64,000 nucleotides of DNA, taken from IMG/VR virus record IMGVR_UViG_3300043425_000861; one strand, 5' to 3'. Every line of letters begins with the position of its first letter. The first letter of the stretch is position 1. Under the pieces are notes generated by a model, which searched no databases, had not been told where the DNA came from, and saw only the letters and a list, made by a program, of their open reading frames with translations. Source of the stretch: a virus. Below, piece by piece: positions 50,804 through 61,104 of this stretch. Both the position numbers and the translations under genes were made by a program.

Positions 50804-51439
50804 ATGGAAAAGGATAAAGTCCAAGATTACATCAATAAATTGATGGAATTAAATAACGAAATATCGGAAGATTCTGATACTGACAATACAGGTGATTTAG
50901 ATGATAATTTCATTCAAACATTGAACCACGTATTGGTTTCATTGAACAAGGATGTTGAAAATGAAATGATGGAATCTATCACAAATGTTAAACCCGACCA
51001 ACCCGTATTTTACACCAAAGTAAAAGTAAAAAAATTACACCCAAACGCGGTAATTCCTTCCTATTCTAAAGAAGGTGATGCGGGTATGGATTTAACTATA
51101 ACTTCTGAAATTGAAAATACTTCATTTAGTGTAACATATGGTTTTGGTATTGCGTTAGAAATACCTAAAGGATACGTTGGTTTAGTATTCCCGAGGTCAT
51201 CAATTAGAAAATATGATTTGTTATTATCTAACTCAGTTGGTGTAATTGATAGCGGATATAGAGGTGAGATTCAAGCTACCTTTAAAAAAACTAATGGTCT
51301 GGATTCATATAAATACAATACAGGTGAACGAGGGGCACAAATCGTAATTTTACCTTACCCGCAAATAAAAATGGTGGAATCTACCGAACTTTCAGATACT
51401 GAAAGAGGTGAAGGTGGATTTGGTTCTACGGGTAGTTAG
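50804..51439 (+). CDS. dut: dUTPase with an N-terminal extension
   Basis: AGMDL, PRSS, GVIDSGYRGEI, AQ and RGEGGFGSTG motifs. Confidence 0.97.
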   Translation: MEKDKVQDYINKLMELNNEISEDSDTDNTGDLDDNFIQTLNHVLVSLNKDVENEMMESITNVKPDQPVFYTKVKVKKLHPNAVIPSYSKEGDAGMDLTITSEIENTSFSVTYGFGIALEIPKGYVGLVFPRSSIRKYDLLLSNSVGVIDSGYRGEIQATFKKTNGLDSYKYNTGERGAQIVILPYPQIKMVESTELSDTERGEGGFGSTGS

Positions 51440-51484
51440 AAGATATTTATAACATAATAAGATACAAATTAAACAGGAGATATT

Positions 51485-52195
51485 TTGTTGAAACAGAAAG
51501 TAAAAAGTGTCCAAGAGGATAAAAAAACATTACCTAAACAGAGAATTAGGGAATTAATTAAAAAACCAAAAGAAAAGTTTTTAACTAAAAATCAAGAAGA
51601 ATACTGGAAAATTTTAGGAGATAATCAAATTACTTTATGTTTTGGACCTGCAGGTGTAGGAAAATCCTACATAGCAATGAAAAGAGCAATCGATTTATTG
51701 TGGGACGATAATAACAAATATGAAAAAATTATAATTGTTAGACCTGCTGTTGAGGCTGAGGAAAAATTGGGTTCTCTACCCGGTGGATTAGAAGAAAAAT
51801 TAGACCCCTACATTTATCCATCATATTATCTTTTAAATAAAATAATTGGTAAGGAGGCAAGAGAGGCGTTAAAAGATGAAGGATTTATTGAAGTTGCTGC
51901 ACTTGCTTATATGAGAGGTTGGAACGTAGATAATACTATTCTTGTGTTTGAAGAAGCACAAAATGCAACTCCTGCACAGATTAAGTTGTTATTAACTCGT
52001 ATTGGATTTAATTCGAAGTTCTTTTTATCGGGAGACTTAGAACAATCTGATAAGTTTAAAGACAAAACCAAGTCAGGATTATATGATGCTAAAAAAAGAT
52101 TAGGAGATGTTAGAGGTATCGGTGTCTTTGAATTTGGTAATGGTGATATCGTAAGAAATCCTATCATATCTGAAATATTAGAAAGATACGAATAA
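51485..52195 (+). CDS. phoH: PhoH-like ATPase
   Basis: GPAGVGKS, RPAVEA, LPG, YMRG, EEAQN, LTRIG, GDLEQSD and DIVRNP motifs. Confidence 0.96.
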   Translation: MLKQKVKSVQEDKKTLPKQRIRELIKKPKEKFLTKNQEEYWKILGDNQITLCFGPAGVGKSYIAMKRAIDLLWDDNNKYEKIIIVRPAVEAEEKLGSLPGGLEEKLDPYIYPSYYLLNKIIGKEAREALKDEGFIEVAALAYMRGWNVDNTILVFEEAQNATPAQIKLLLTRIGFNSKFFLSGDLEQSDKFKDKTKSGLYDAKKRLGDVRGIGVFEFGNGDIVRNPIISEILERYE

Positions 52196-52215
52196 CAATA
52201 AACCTATTTTTGATT

Positions 52216-52255
52216 AATAAACCCACATCGTTTATCATAATGGTGTGGGTTTATT
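52216..52255 (+). terminator. Stem-loop after phoH
   Basis: AATAAACCCACATCG-loop-TGGTGTGGGTTTATT. Confidence 0.7.
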
Positions 52256-52291
52256 GTTTACTTATAATCTCCTTAGTGTTATATTTAAACT

Positions 52292-53008
52292 ATGGAAATT
52301 TTTATAAGTATAGACGGTGTTCTAAGAAACATCATACAGAAATTCGATTATCACTACCAAGATTACTTTATTGATACCGAAGTTGAAGAAGGTGACGAAA
52401 GAGAATCTTTTGAATATGGTAAAGAAGGTAAAATCCAAAATGATAATCTTTTAAATTATTATAAGTTTCAATCAAAAGAAGAATTTGAAAACTTTCTTTT
52501 TATTGATTATCCTATTGAAATATTTGGTCACGCAACCAATAGTTACCAAAACGTGTTTCTTGAGTTTAATAAGTTTGTCTACGAAAATAAAGAACATAAC
52601 ATTACATTAGTTGGTTTGGATGAATTAGGTAAAGCTAAATCAGCCACTTTATTTTACTTATCAAGAAACGGATGTATGTCAAATAATATCAAGTTTATCA
52701 CCACATCGGATATTCCAAATTTGTGGAGTAAATGTGATTTGTGGATTACAGATAATAAGAAGATTATTGACAACTGTCCAAAAAATAAAAAGGCAATTAA
52801 ATTTAACACCACATATAATGAGTACTTTACAAATAACTTAGAAATCAATAAATTAACAGAAATAGATAAATTATGGTTGAAGTCTTCGGAAAACTTTATT
52901 ACATCGACCTTGACTCGATTAGTGAAGTATGTAGAACCGGTAAAACAATTAAAGATGAAGAAGATGATTCAGAAACTCTTGAAATCAACATCTTCAAGTA
53001 CGAAGTAA
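52292..53008 (+). CDS. HAD / 5'(3')-deoxynucleotidase-like protein with a degenerate motif I
   Basis: ISIDGVLRN at the N-terminus; DLWITDN...N..YN. Confidence 0.6.
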   Translation: MEIFISIDGVLRNIIQKFDYHYQDYFIDTEVEEGDERESFEYGKEGKIQNDNLLNYYKFQSKEEFENFLFIDYPIEIFGHATNSYQNVFLEFNKFVYENKEHNITLVGLDELGKAKSATLFYLSRNGCMSNNIKFITTSDIPNLWSKCDLWITDNKKIIDNCPKNKKAIKFNTTYNEYFTNNLEINKLTEIDKLWLKSSENFITSTLTRLVKYVEPVKQLKMKKMIQKLLKSTSSSTK

Positions 53009-53157
53009 TAAAAATGTGTATTGAAAGAGTCTTAAACGAATTCGAAGATTCAGATGAAGAAATGGGTTTATTTGCACAAAAAGAAACCACTGTTTCATTT
53101 AGAATCGCATTCAATACTTTACTAAAAAATAACATATTAATAGAAGAAAATGAGTAA
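52873..53157 (+). CDS. Hypothetical acidic protein
   Basis: YYIDLD...KYE.IK..I...SF.IAFNTL; overlaps both neighbouring genes. Confidence 0.65.
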   Translation: MVEVFGKLYYIDLDSISEVCRTGKTIKDEEDDSETLEINIFKYEVIKMCIERVLNEFEDSDEEMGLFAQKETTVSFRIAFNTLLKNNILIEENE

Positions 53158-54208
53158 CATTGAAAAGTTAGAATCCTCACTAAGTAGGATTAGTAATAAA
53201 GAAAACGTCATATATTTTTTAACATATGACACCAAGAATAACGCTAGAGCCGCGGTAAAAAATATCTATGATATGGCGTTAGCACTAAAAGAAAGCGGTA
53301 GAGACGTTAAGATTTTAGTTGAGGATAAAACGTACACAGGTGTTGACGGATGGTTAGGTGACAAGTATAATAGTCTCGAAGTTGTTTCAATTAAAGAAGA
53401 TAAAGTTGAAATAAAAGTTGAGGATGTTATTGTGGTACCTGAATATTATTCAAACGTATTACCACAATTGTCTAACATTAAATCGGTAAAGGTTATGTTA
53501 GTACAACAAAAAGATTACATCTTTGAAACCTTACCAATTGGTAGTAGATGGAGTGATTATGGTTTTGATAAATGTATCACAACCAGTGAATCCTCAAAGA
53601 AATATATTTTAGATTATTTCCCTGAAAGTTTGGTTCATTTAATTCCACCATTTATTGGGGACAATTTCCAACCTACGGATAAACCAATTAAACCATATGT
53701 TGCAATTAGTTGTAGAGACAGATTGATTCATAGAAAATTAATTTCTGAATTTTACATCAAGTATCCACAATTAAGATGGATTACATTTAGAGATATGGTA
53801 CAATTATCTTACGATGAGTTTGCGGACAATCTAAAAGAATGTATGGTTTCACTTTGGGTTGATGATGAATCTACATTTGGAACGTTTCCATTAGAATCTA
53901 TGAAATGTGGAGTACCTGTTGTTGGTAAAATTCCTAATACAGAACCCGATTGGTTAAGTGAGAACGGTCTATGGACTTATGATGTAAATAAGTTAGTTGA
54001 AATTTTAGGTACATTTATTTTAGCTTGGTTAGAGGGTGTTGAACTTACAAGCGAAGTAAAAGAAAAGATGAGAGAAACCGTGGCACCATATAATAAAGAA
54101 ACCCACAATAATAATACGTTGTCAATTTTCAATTCTCTAATCAGTATCAGAGAAGACTCAATTAAAAAGGCAATCGAAAAAGTTAAAGCAGAAAACAATG
54201 AAGAGTAA
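53150..54208 (+). CDS. Glycosyltransferase (GT-B-like)
   Basis: DVIVVPE and STFGTFPLESMKCGVPVVG. Confidence 0.8.
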   Translation: MSNIEKLESSLSRISNKENVIYFLTYDTKNNARAAVKNIYDMALALKESGRDVKILVEDKTYTGVDGWLGDKYNSLEVVSIKEDKVEIKVEDVIVVPEYYSNVLPQLSNIKSVKVMLVQQKDYIFETLPIGSRWSDYGFDKCITTSESSKKYILDYFPESLVHLIPPFIGDNFQPTDKPIKPYVAISCRDRLIHRKLISEFYIKYPQLRWITFRDMVQLSYDEFADNLKECMVSLWVDDESTFGTFPLESMKCGVPVVGKIPNTEPDWLSENGLWTYDVNKLVEILGTFILAWLEGVELTSEVKEKMRETVAPYNKETHNNNTLSIFNSLISIREDSIKKAIEKVKAENNEE

Positions 54209-54992
54209 AAATATAACCATATTATTACCAATCCATAAAATTGGTGAAGAAGAATCAATAATGTTATCAAATGCGTTGGAGTCTATTGAAGATTTCCACA
54301 ATGACATTAAACTTAAAATTATTTGTCCATTAGATGTAAAAAATAAATTGGATAATTTTGAGTTTGGTCAAAAGTTAGAAGTTGAACTTGTTACAAATAC
54401 AAGTAAAGAAACTGATTTTTGTACTCAGATAAATCTTGGTATTTCATCTTGTGATACTGAGTGGTTTAGTATTTTAGAAATTGACGATGAATTTAAACCT
54501 ATTTGGTTAACATCGGTAAATGAATATATTAAAAACAACCCTACTGTTGATGTATTTTTACCAATTGTAAAAGACATTAATGTTGAGGGTTCGTTTATAT
54601 CATTCACAAATGAATCGGCTTGGGCGTACGGATTTACCGATAACCAAGGGTTCATAGATAATGAGGTTTTATTGGAATTTCAAAATTATCAAACCAGCGG
54701 AGGTTTATTTAAAACAGAAGTGATTAAAGAAAATGGATTATTTAAAGATAATATCAAATTAACTTTTACATATGAATTTTTACTAAGATTAACACATAAT
54801 GGTGTTAAAATTATGGTAATCCCAAGAGTAGGATACCAACACGTTAATTTTAGAGAAGACTCTTTGTTTTGGACATACAAAAATGGTGAGGACGGAAGAC
54901 TAAACGAAAATGAAGTAAAGTTTTGGTTAGAAACCGCAAAAAAAGAATTTTTCTTCAAAAATAAACGTGATATAAATTATGTAGAAGATTAA
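54198..54992 (+). CDS. Glycosyltransferase (GT-A, GT2-like)
   Basis: ITILLPIH, N.GI....TEWFSILEIDD and YEFLLRL......IP..GY.H. Confidence 0.82.
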   Translation: MKSKNITILLPIHKIGEEESIMLSNALESIEDFHNDIKLKIICPLDVKNKLDNFEFGQKLEVELVTNTSKETDFCTQINLGISSCDTEWFSILEIDDEFKPIWLTSVNEYIKNNPTVDVFLPIVKDINVEGSFISFTNESAWAYGFTDNQGFIDNEVLLEFQNYQTSGGLFKTEVIKENGLFKDNIKLTFTYEFLLRLTHNGVKIMVIPRVGYQHVNFREDSLFWTYKNGEDGRLNENEVKFWLETAKKEFFFKNKRDINYVED

Positions 54993-55693
54993 TGCCAAGA
55001 AAAAGAACCCAAAAAATATATTTTGGGGAGGAACAAGAGAAGGCGGTAGTTATGTACCTCGAAAGTGCAGACGAAACAGAAAAAAATAAGATATTCAACG
55101 AATATTTACGTGAACCCCTAATTATAATGGTCGAATCAATTATTCGACGTTATAAACTTTACAGAAAAGATATGGAATTTTCTGACTTACATACCGATAC
55201 AATGTCATTTTTGATGACTAAAATCAGTAAGTTTGACCACACAAAAAACCATAAAGCATACTCTTATTTTGGTACAATTTGTAAGAATTATCTTATGGGT
55301 GCAATCCAAAAAGATAGTAAAGACAATAATAGAACAATATCCTATGACGATATATCATCGGATATGGAAAACAATCCTGAGTTCTCATATATATTAGATG
55401 AAACCACCTTAGATTATAAAGATGTCATAATTAAAATGACTATTCAATTGGAGGAGTTTATTGAATCTGAGGATTTAAATGAAAACGAACAAAAACTTGG
55501 TTATGCATTACTTGAAATTTTTAGCAGTTTTGATAAAATCTTCCAAGTTGGGGAAGGTAACAAATTCAACAAAAATCTAATATTATTATCCTTAAGGGAA
55601 ATGACTTCATTAAACACTAAGGAAATTAGGATTGCACTTAAGAAATATAGAAAAATGTATGACGGTGTTATTTTTGGGTTTCTAAATTCATAA
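54992..55693 (+). CDS. T4 gp55-like late sigma factor
   Basis: YF, then KFD..K..KAYSYFGTICKNYL (sigma region 2-like). Confidence 0.75.
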   Translation: MPRKRTQKIYFGEEQEKAVVMYLESADETEKNKIFNEYLREPLIIMVESIIRRYKLYRKDMEFSDLHTDTMSFLMTKISKFDHTKNHKAYSYFGTICKNYLMGAIQKDSKDNNRTISYDDISSDMENNPEFSYILDETTLDYKDVIIKMTIQLEEFIESEDLNENEQKLGYALLEIFSSFDKIFQVGEGNKFNKNLILLSLREMTSLNTKEIRIALKKYRKMYDGVIFGFLNS

Positions 55694-55704
55694 AATATCT
55701 ATTT

Positions 55705-56088
55705 ATGTATATGAAAGATAGAAGAAAAAACATATCCTTAGACACTGACTCGGCATTGGCACTAATGCAGGAGATTTACAACGATATTGTTGAAAATAGA
55801 AGTACCGCGTCTCTGATTATGAAAAAAATGTTGTCTTTTATGAAAGATGCGGAAGATATGAGTACCATAGGTCCCGTAATCAAAGAACAACAAAAAATAC
55901 TAAATGATTGTACAGAAAAGAAAATTTCATTAGTTAAATTACAGGGAGCGTTATTGAAACAATCTGGCGGTCCTGCAGGTAAAGAAGGATTTTCTAAAAT
56001 GACATTATCTGATGAGGATAGAGAACTTTTAGAGAAATTAGTTAACGATGACGATAATAATATAAAAAACGCTAACTACGATAACTAA
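55705..56088 (+). CDS. Hypothetical helical late protein
   Basis: 127-aa ORF; TATTTAT overlaps the first ATG, so the true start may be 55711. Confidence 0.65.
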   Translation: MYMKDRRKNISLDTDSALALMQEIYNDIVENRSTASLIMKKMLSFMKDAEDMSTIGPVIKEQQKILNDCTEKKISLVKLQGALLKQSGGPAGKEGFSKMTLSDEDRELLEKLVNDDDNNIKNANYDN

Positions 56089-57980
56089 TGGCAAATCCAC
56101 AAAGAGCACTTATTAGGGCAAAATTAGATGCTATTAAAAAATTAGCAGACGAAAAACCAACATACGTTGATGACGTGTTTGATTTGGTTAAAGACCAAAT
56201 GCCTGACATTGACGGGTCCATTAAAAGAAAGATAGACGATTTTAAGGACAAAAGAAAAGCAAAACAAACCCAAAAAAAAGACATATTTGGTGAATTAATA
56301 AAGACCTTCGAGGGATTTATGGGTTCAAACGATACAAATAGTATTAACCCAAATCAAAAGCCGGTTGTAAAAAATAAATTAAAATACTACGCAAAAGAAT
56401 CCTCAAACATAACCCTTAGAGAATCTAAACAAATTGTTATGGATTCTGTGAAAAAATCATTTTTTAGCGGTGGTGGAATTTGTGGAAGTAATAGTTTGAT
56501 GCCAGCAAACAACGTTGATATATCACCCAAAGAAATTGATTTTTTAAGTATGTTAAAAGTTGCACCTGATAGTAATACTGGTCAAATAATGTACGAAACA
56601 AGTGAAGATACGGGGTTTGTAAAAATGAATAAGGAGTTATATAACAATTTTGATTCATCATCTGCATATTTTTTCAACAACAAAGACTATAAAACCATTT
56701 TCACTATGCAATGGAACGATTCGTCCCAAGTGTATAATCTTTCGGGATTACAAGGTGTAACAGGTGCGACAACTGTTGAAAATTTTTTAACCGATTATTA
56801 TTCTGCGATTGAATATCCTGATATTGGTAATGTGGTAAAACAAGCGATGATGATGACCGTCCAAGGAATGGACGATGCTCCTCAATCATTCACTGTGGGT
56901 ATGAATAATTTAAACAGAATTTGTCAAAAATTATTTGCTATCTGTGGTAAACCACAAAAAAACGCTAGTCCGTTAAATGAAAATGCTGTAGATACAACAA
57001 ACAACGAAGAGGATGATGTTGAAACCTATTTTAATTTTGATGATGTAGAAGGTATCGATATTGATGATGAAAATGCAAGATTAAGAAGAGTTTTAAGATA
57101 CACCGATTGTGGTAATTTTGAGTCTCCTGTTAATAAAAATCATTTGGAGGATTTTGTACACTTTACGAAAAAACCAGGCAAAAATATTGATTCGATAATC
57201 GATAGTACACTTAACAAAGTAGCTTCAGAAAGTTACCAACAATCGGGAGGTTCTGTTGGATTGGATAATTTACAGGCAAACATTACAGGATTATTTATTC
57301 TAAATTTACCAAAGGCGTTAGTTCAATCAATCCTATCTCCAAAAATCTTCTTACCGATAGTAATACTTTATAAATTATTTAAAGGTGCAGTGGCAAGTGC
57401 CGCAGATTTTTTAGTAAGAATGGCTAAATTATTTTTTGACGTTGTCAAAAGAATATTTTGGAAGTTCATACAAGCTTTTTGGAAATTCGTTAAAAAGGAT
57501 TTATTGGATTTTATTAAAAAAGTTGCCAAAACTATCTTATTAAAAAAATTAAAAAGATGGAAAGCAATTTTACTATCATTGATAACACTTTTATTAAAAT
57601 TACTAACAACAAAATTAGATAGTTGTGAGGCAATTTTTAATGCAATATTATCTACAATAAATGGAGCAATAAATGCAAGATTGAAAATACCTATACCGGG
57701 TATTTTATTAGCAATAGCAGATAAGTTACCGGGATTTAGTGCCGATAAGGCTTATATGTCAACAATTGAAAATATGACAAGGAGTGGAATTGTAACAGGT
57801 CCACTTTACGATAGAGAAAATAAATGGAACAAAGCACTTAAAGCAACCATTGACGGTTATAGTAAAACTATGGATGAAGATTCATTCGTTAAAATCGGAC
57901 TTAAACCATCGATAATACCTGCAGGTGTTGCGGGTGCAGTTATTACTCCTATGGTTGTAGGGGCGGGTAAATTATTTTAA
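56088..57980 (+). CDS. Hypothetical protein with amphipathic/hydrophobic C-terminal helices (baseplate-associated)
   Basis: 630 aa, upstream of the spike gene; C-terminal V..GI......G....G. Confidence 0.6.
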   Translation: MANPQRALIRAKLDAIKKLADEKPTYVDDVFDLVKDQMPDIDGSIKRKIDDFKDKRKAKQTQKKDIFGELIKTFEGFMGSNDTNSINPNQKPVVKNKLKYYAKESSNITLRESKQIVMDSVKKSFFSGGGICGSNSLMPANNVDISPKEIDFLSMLKVAPDSNTGQIMYETSEDTGFVKMNKELYNNFDSSSAYFFNNKDYKTIFTMQWNDSSQVYNLSGLQGVTGATTVENFLTDYYSAIEYPDIGNVVKQAMMMTVQGMDDAPQSFTVGMNNLNRICQKLFAICGKPQKNASPLNENAVDTTNNEEDDVETYFNFDDVEGIDIDDENARLRRVLRYTDCGNFESPVNKNHLEDFVHFTKKPGKNIDSIIDSTLNKVASESYQQSGGSVGLDNLQANITGLFILNLPKALVQSILSPKIFLPIVILYKLFKGAVASAADFLVRMAKLFFDVVKRIFWKFIQAFWKFVKKDLLDFIKKVAKTILLKKLKRWKAILLSLITLLLKLLTTKLDSCEAIFNAILSTINGAINARLKIPIPGILLAIADKLPGFSADKAYMSTIENMTRSGIVTGPLYDRENKWNKALKATIDGYSKTMDEDSFVKIGLKPSIIPAGVAGAVITPMVVGAGKLF

Positions 57981-57983
57981 AAT

Positions 57984-58181
57984 ATGGATAAGGAAAAAAT
58001 TATTGATATTATTAAAAACGTAAAAGACAAGTCAAATTCCGATTTATTTGGAGCTAGAGATATTTTAATTGATGAACACGAAAAAACAAAAAATCTTATT
58101 ATTGATTTAACTAGACATTTGGATAGTATTGAAGAATATTATGAGACAATAAATAATGAAATTGGTAATAGAGTAATATAA
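57984..58181 (+). CDS. Small coiled-coil protein
   Basis: 65-aa ORF, tightly packed in the operon. Confidence 0.65.
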   Translation: MDKEKIIDIIKNVKDKSNSDLFGARDILIDEHEKTKNLIIDLTRHLDSIEEYYETINNEIGNRVI

Positions 58182-58182
58182 T

Positions 58183-59700
58183 ATGAAAATAATTGACGTC
58201 GGGGTTTGTGTTTCAAATATCGACCCAAAGGGGATTGGTAGAATTAGATATAGACCGTATGGTCAGTATTTAAGTGAAGTTGCGGGTGGTATTAAGTACA
58301 CTGAATGGGACGATAAAGACCCATTTATTTCTATCCCATTCCTGCCGGCACATATTAATATTATTCCACAATTTGGACAATCTGTCAAATTAATTCAATA
58401 CGATACTGATAAGGATTCACAAAACGTTGAGTATATCTCAGGACCTTATACGTCACCTCACGATTTTGAAAGCCAAACGTTCACAACACAACATAAAGAC
58501 ACGACTTATGGTGGTGTAATAGTTGAAGGGTTACCCGATTTAAAAGATAAAGCAGGGAACTACATTGATAGAAAATCATTTGGTACAATGGCTACCTTAG
58601 ATGATACCTCAGTAAACGGAAACTATGGTTCTGATATAGTTTTCACAAAAAACGGTATGATGTTAAGAGGTGGTAAACTTATTAACAAAGACGTACCAAA
58701 TCCAAAATTTAGACAACGTTTATCTGAAGTACCATTATTATCTGAAAAGATGTCAAGACTCGGACTAAAGAAATTTCCGAGAACAATGGAAGTTAAAGAC
58801 GAGAAAATAAAGATAACAAAAATACCTGTCGCGAAGATTAATCATCTAATTGAATATTCTATCGATGATTTAACAACACCAACCGAAGTTAAAATTAATG
58901 TGTACAAAATATTGGACACATTTGGTCCTGTTTTTGATTCTAACTATTTTAACGAATCAACCTATGTTGATATAACTGATTCTAAAAAAGTTAAAATTTA
59001 TAACGACGGAACGACAACGGGTTCCACTATCACAATTTCAGTGACATCAATTCAAGACGCATATATTGAATTAAGAGAAACGTTATACACATTATCAAAT
59101 GAAGGATTATCAAAATTCAATACGTCTTATCCTAAAGATGATATACACCCATTTTATTTTAGACCTGCAGGAGAACTAAAAACAAGGGCAACTGCGAACT
59201 TAACAGAAGTTACTAATCGAACTAAATTTGTGAATGGTGTACAAGTTAAGGGTGTTGGGGGACTTGGTACGGGAGGAGGTTTAATTTTTTCAAAACAATT
59301 TACAACCCCACCGACCAAAAATAGTGAAAAGAAAATAAAAGTTCTAAAAGCAAGGGACAATAAAGGTGAGCAGACTTTTGCAAATTTGGTTGCGGATAAG
59401 GTATATTTCGTATCATCAAGTACGAATAAGGGACCAAAAAAGAGTGTGGATTTTACCAAAATTAACAATTACGAGTACACCCAAGAAGATTATCTAATTG
59501 AAATTGAACCATCGACATATTCAACGGTTAGAGGTGAAGTTTTGATTAAGATATTAAATAAAATGTACGAATTTTTAGTTGGTCACGTTCATAATTGGGC
59601 TGAACCTGGTCATATGGATACCGAAAGAATGTCGATTTTGAAGGACTTGATTCAAACTATGGAAAGAGATTTGGTAAATGATTCAATTAGAATAAACTAA
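58183..59700 (+). CDS. Baseplate central spike (gp5/VgrG-like)
   Basis: N-terminal OB-fold GVCVSNIDPKGIGRIR..PFLP...IIP..GQ.V; C-terminal VRGE..HVH motif. Confidence 0.75.
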   Translation: MKIIDVGVCVSNIDPKGIGRIRYRPYGQYLSEVAGGIKYTEWDDKDPFISIPFLPAHINIIPQFGQSVKLIQYDTDKDSQNVEYISGPYTSPHDFESQTFTTQHKDTTYGGVIVEGLPDLKDKAGNYIDRKSFGTMATLDDTSVNGNYGSDIVFTKNGMMLRGGKLINKDVPNPKFRQRLSEVPLLSEKMSRLGLKKFPRTMEVKDEKIKITKIPVAKINHLIEYSIDDLTTPTEVKINVYKILDTFGPVFDSNYFNESTYVDITDSKKVKIYNDGTTTGSTITISVTSIQDAYIELRETLYTLSNEGLSKFNTSYPKDDIHPFYFRPAGELKTRATANLTEVTNRTKFVNGVQVKGVGGLGTGGGLIFSKQFTTPPTKNSEKKIKVLKARDNKGEQTFANLVADKVYFVSSSTNKGPKKSVDFTKINNYEYTQEDYLIEIEPSTYSTVRGEVLIKILNKMYEFLVGHVHNWAEPGHMDTERMSILKDLIQTMERDLVNDSIRIN

Positions 59701-59722
59701 TTGATATTTATTAAATAAAAAG

Positions 59723-61096
59723 ATGTCATATTTTCGTTCATATTTCAATAAAAACAACACACTCATAAAGGATTCACAGATTAACACTGCGAAAAATCCT
59801 AATACCGAGATTTTCTATGGGTCTGGATTCTCTAAATTTATATTTAGGGTAGATTTAACAGATTTGAAATCTAAAATTGACAACGGTGATTTGGTGATTA
59901 CACCAAATACAAAACACTACTTACACTTAACAAATACCATTTTTGGTGACGAAAGTTTATTAGGTCAAAAAAATGGTAAGGGTAGAGAAAGAACAACTTC
60001 ATTTGATTTAATTATTTCCCCAATAGACGAGTTTTGGGATGAAGGTGTTGGTTTCGATTATGAACAGGCATATGATTATACCTCAGGTAATGAAACCTTT
60101 GACCAAAGACCGTCAAACTGGTTCAATAGAACAACATTAGATACTTGGTCACAAGAAGGTGTCTATTCTACTACACCAAGCCAAATAATTGATACAATTC
60201 ATTTTGACAACGGTAATGAAAATTTAAAGGCGGATATTACTTCATATGTTAATAGTATCGTTACAGGTACATCTATTAACTATGGTTTGGTGTTGGCGTT
60301 TTCACCCGAATTTATGGATGTTACCAATGATGTTGACCAATCTGTGGCATTTTACACAATGTATACACAAACATTCTTTGAACCGTTTGTGGAGACCGTT
60401 TTTGATGATACCATAGAAGACAATAGAGAGAATTTTATTGCGGACGTACAAAGAAATTTATATCTATACGTAACCAGAGGTACTAACTTCTACGATTTAG
60501 ACACCTTACCGACTGTTGATATTATGGATAGTAATAGAACGGTTCTTGCGGGTTTGTCAAACCTAACCACAACAAAAATTAGAAAGGGAATTTACAAGGT
60601 AACATTTGGTATAAGTGGAGTTCTTTGTGATGGAAAACGATTCTTCTATGATAAGTGGAAAGGTATTGAAATTGATGGTATAACCCTTGATGATGTTACA
60701 CAAAAATTCATTCCTAAACCACATAGTTCATTGTTTACGATAGGTGCAAATGAAACTGAATTAGAGAGATACATAGTTCAATTTTTTGGAATTAAACTAA
60801 ATGAAAAAATTAAAAGAGGGGAGAATAGAAAAGTAGTTGTAACTCTTAGGTCAATTAATCAAACAAAATCTGTTCTATTTGACGAGGTTTATTACAGAAT
60901 TTACGTTAAGGAAGGTCATACACAAGTAAACGTATTCGATTGGACAAAATTAGACAGAACGAATGAAAATTCATTTGTTTTAGATACTAGTTATTTGATA
61001 CCAAGAGAATATTGGGTTGAGATTAAGGCTAAGACCCATACAGAAGAAATATTTTATAGAGACGAAATAAAATTTGAAATAATATCAGAAAAATAA
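59723..61096 (+). CDS. Virion structural protein
   Basis: KNNTL, WDEGVG, SNWF, NYGL and T.TFFEP motifs; late motif upstream. Confidence 0.65.
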   Translation: MSYFRSYFNKNNTLIKDSQINTAKNPNTEIFYGSGFSKFIFRVDLTDLKSKIDNGDLVITPNTKHYLHLTNTIFGDESLLGQKNGKGRERTTSFDLIISPIDEFWDEGVGFDYEQAYDYTSGNETFDQRPSNWFNRTTLDTWSQEGVYSTTPSQIIDTIHFDNGNENLKADITSYVNSIVTGTSINYGLVLAFSPEFMDVTNDVDQSVAFYTMYTQTFFEPFVETVFDDTIEDNRENFIADVQRNLYLYVTRGTNFYDLDTLPTVDIMDSNRTVLAGLSNLTTTKIRKGIYKVTFGISGVLCDGKRFFYDKWKGIEIDGITLDDVTQKFIPKPHSSLFTIGANETELERYIVQFFGIKLNEKIKRGENRKVVVTLRSINQTKSVLFDEVYYRIYVKEGHTQVNVFDWTKLDRTNENSFVLDTSYLIPREYWVEIKAKTHTEEIFYRDEIKFEIISEK

Positions 61097-61104
61097 TAAA
61101 AGTT

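Noticed and set aside
49079-54992. T4-style hmC glucosylation as the firm role of the glycosyltransferases
   Set aside because: No hydroxymethylase or TET/JBP gene is present in the window and restriction sites appear to be avoided. It cannot be excluded without the rest of the genome.
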